This document shows positions 63,173-64,000 of a stretch of DNA of 64,000 nucleotides, one piece after another. The number at the start of each line of letters is the position of its first letter. Position 1 is the stretch's first letter. The notes below the pieces were generated by a model. That model worked only from the letters and a program-made list of their open reading frames with translations. It was not told the DNA's origin and made no database searches. The stretch is from an uncultured delta proteobacterium. Lineage in GTDB: Bacteria; Myxococcota; Myxococcia; Myxococcales; Anaeromyxobacteraceae. The stretch is from positions 256,001 through 320,000 of the forward strand of contig CAVYBH010000015.1 in NCBI GenBank assembly GCA_963766715.1, in the 5' to 3' direction. The translations under genes and the position numbers were made by a program.

Positions 63173-63508
63173 TTGTTCCAGACGATCGAGCAGCTCGTGT
63201 TCGGCGCGGTCCAGTGGCTCCGGCTGGGGCTCGAGGCAATCGGCGCTCTCGTCATCGTGGCCGGCGCGGTCCGGGGATTCCTGGGGCTCTTCGGCCGCAT
63301 GTCCGGAGCCCAGGAGGGACAGTTCACCCCGGTGCGGCTCACGCTCGCCCGCTACCTGTCCCTGGCCCTGGAGTTCCAGCTGGCGGCGGACATCCTCTCC
63401 ACCTCCATCGCTCCGAGCTGGGACCAGATCGGCAAGCTCGCCGCCATCGCCGTGATCCGGACCGGTCTCAACTACTTCCTCGGTCTCGAGCTGAAGGGAG
63501 AGGCCTGA
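63173..63508 (+). CDS. DUF1622 family membrane protein
   Basis: GGAGGG RBS with TTG start; RL.LAR.L.LALEFQLAADIL.T...P.W..IG.L.AIA.IRT.LNYFL. Confidence 0.85.
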   Translation: MFQTIEQLVFGAVQWLRLGLEAIGALVIVAGAVRGFLGLFGRMSGAQEGQFTPVRLTLARYLSLALEFQLAADILSTSIAPSWDQIGKLAAIAVIRTGLNYFLGLELKGEA

Positions 63509-63610
63509 GGCTTCGACGGAGGGCGTCGCGGGACCCTTGCGGGAGCAGGCGAACCCGCTCTCGCCCTCTTAGACTACGGGTCCGCACTCCACGCGAAAGG
63601 AAAACCCAAG

Positions 63611-64000
63611 ATGGCCACCGTCACGCTGAAGGGGAACCCGATCCACACCAATGGCGAGCTTCCCGCCGCCGGCGCTCCCGCCCCGGACTTCAAGCTCACG
63701 GGGGTGGACCTGAAGGACGTCTCCCTCGCCGACTACAAGGGCAAGAAGAAGATCCTGAACATCGTCCCCAGCCTCGACACCGCCGTGTGCGCCGCCTCGA
63801 CCCGCCGCTTCAACGAGTCGGGCGGGAAGCTCGCGAACACCGTGGTGCTCGTGGTCTCCGCCGACCTGCCCTTCGCCATGAAGCGCTTCTGCACGACCGA
63901 GGGGCTCCAGAACGTGGTCAGCCTCTCCATGATCCGCGGCAAGGGCTTCGCCAAGGACTACGGCGTGCTCCTCCAGGACGGCCCGCTGGCCGGCCTGTCG
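63611..64000 (+). CDS. tpx: Thiol peroxidase Tpx (truncated by the window end; missing from the ORF track)
   Basis: [11 protein letters not shown]...[40 protein letters not shown]. Confidence 0.93.
   Translation, partial: MATVTLKGNPIHTNGELPAAGAPAPDFKLTGVDLKDVSLADYKGKKKILNIVPSLDTAVCAASTRRFNESGGKLANTVVLVVSADLPFAMKRFCTTEGLQNVVSLSMIRGKGFAKDYGVLLQDGPLAGLS

Overview
Very GC-rich bacterial DNA. Gene content and style suggest an Anaeromyxobacter-like member of Myxococcota, which is inference because the window has no rRNA marker. I can support about 64 protein-coding genes, and I found no tRNA, rRNA, CRISPR array or mobile element. Metabolic modules: alanine:glyoxylate aminotransferase-glcDEF; Fur-boxed bfd-bfr with a divergent nitrobindin; msrPQ; an iorAB-type molybdoenzyme; ppk2 plus a eukaryote-type alanine aminotransferase; an asparagine/aspartate cluster (dcu-aspA-ansB-dcaP, aspT); asd; and a fused NfnA-NfnB protein with a C-terminal Cys-rich and rubrerythrin-like tail. 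Two results stand out. (1) A compact candidate steroid/sterol-modification cluster at ~27.9-33.0 kb: an SRD5A-type 5-alpha-reductase, two extended SDRs, an ERG2/sigma-1-receptor homolog, an SRPBCC protein and an outer-membrane barrel. (2) Two unannotated, structured candidate small RNAs flanking asd, each behind a sigma-54-type -24/-12 promoter. About 20 genes are split by small indels, which I read as sequencing/assembly error rather than decay, so their coordinates are approximate. All calls come from motif recognition by eye; no database search was run.
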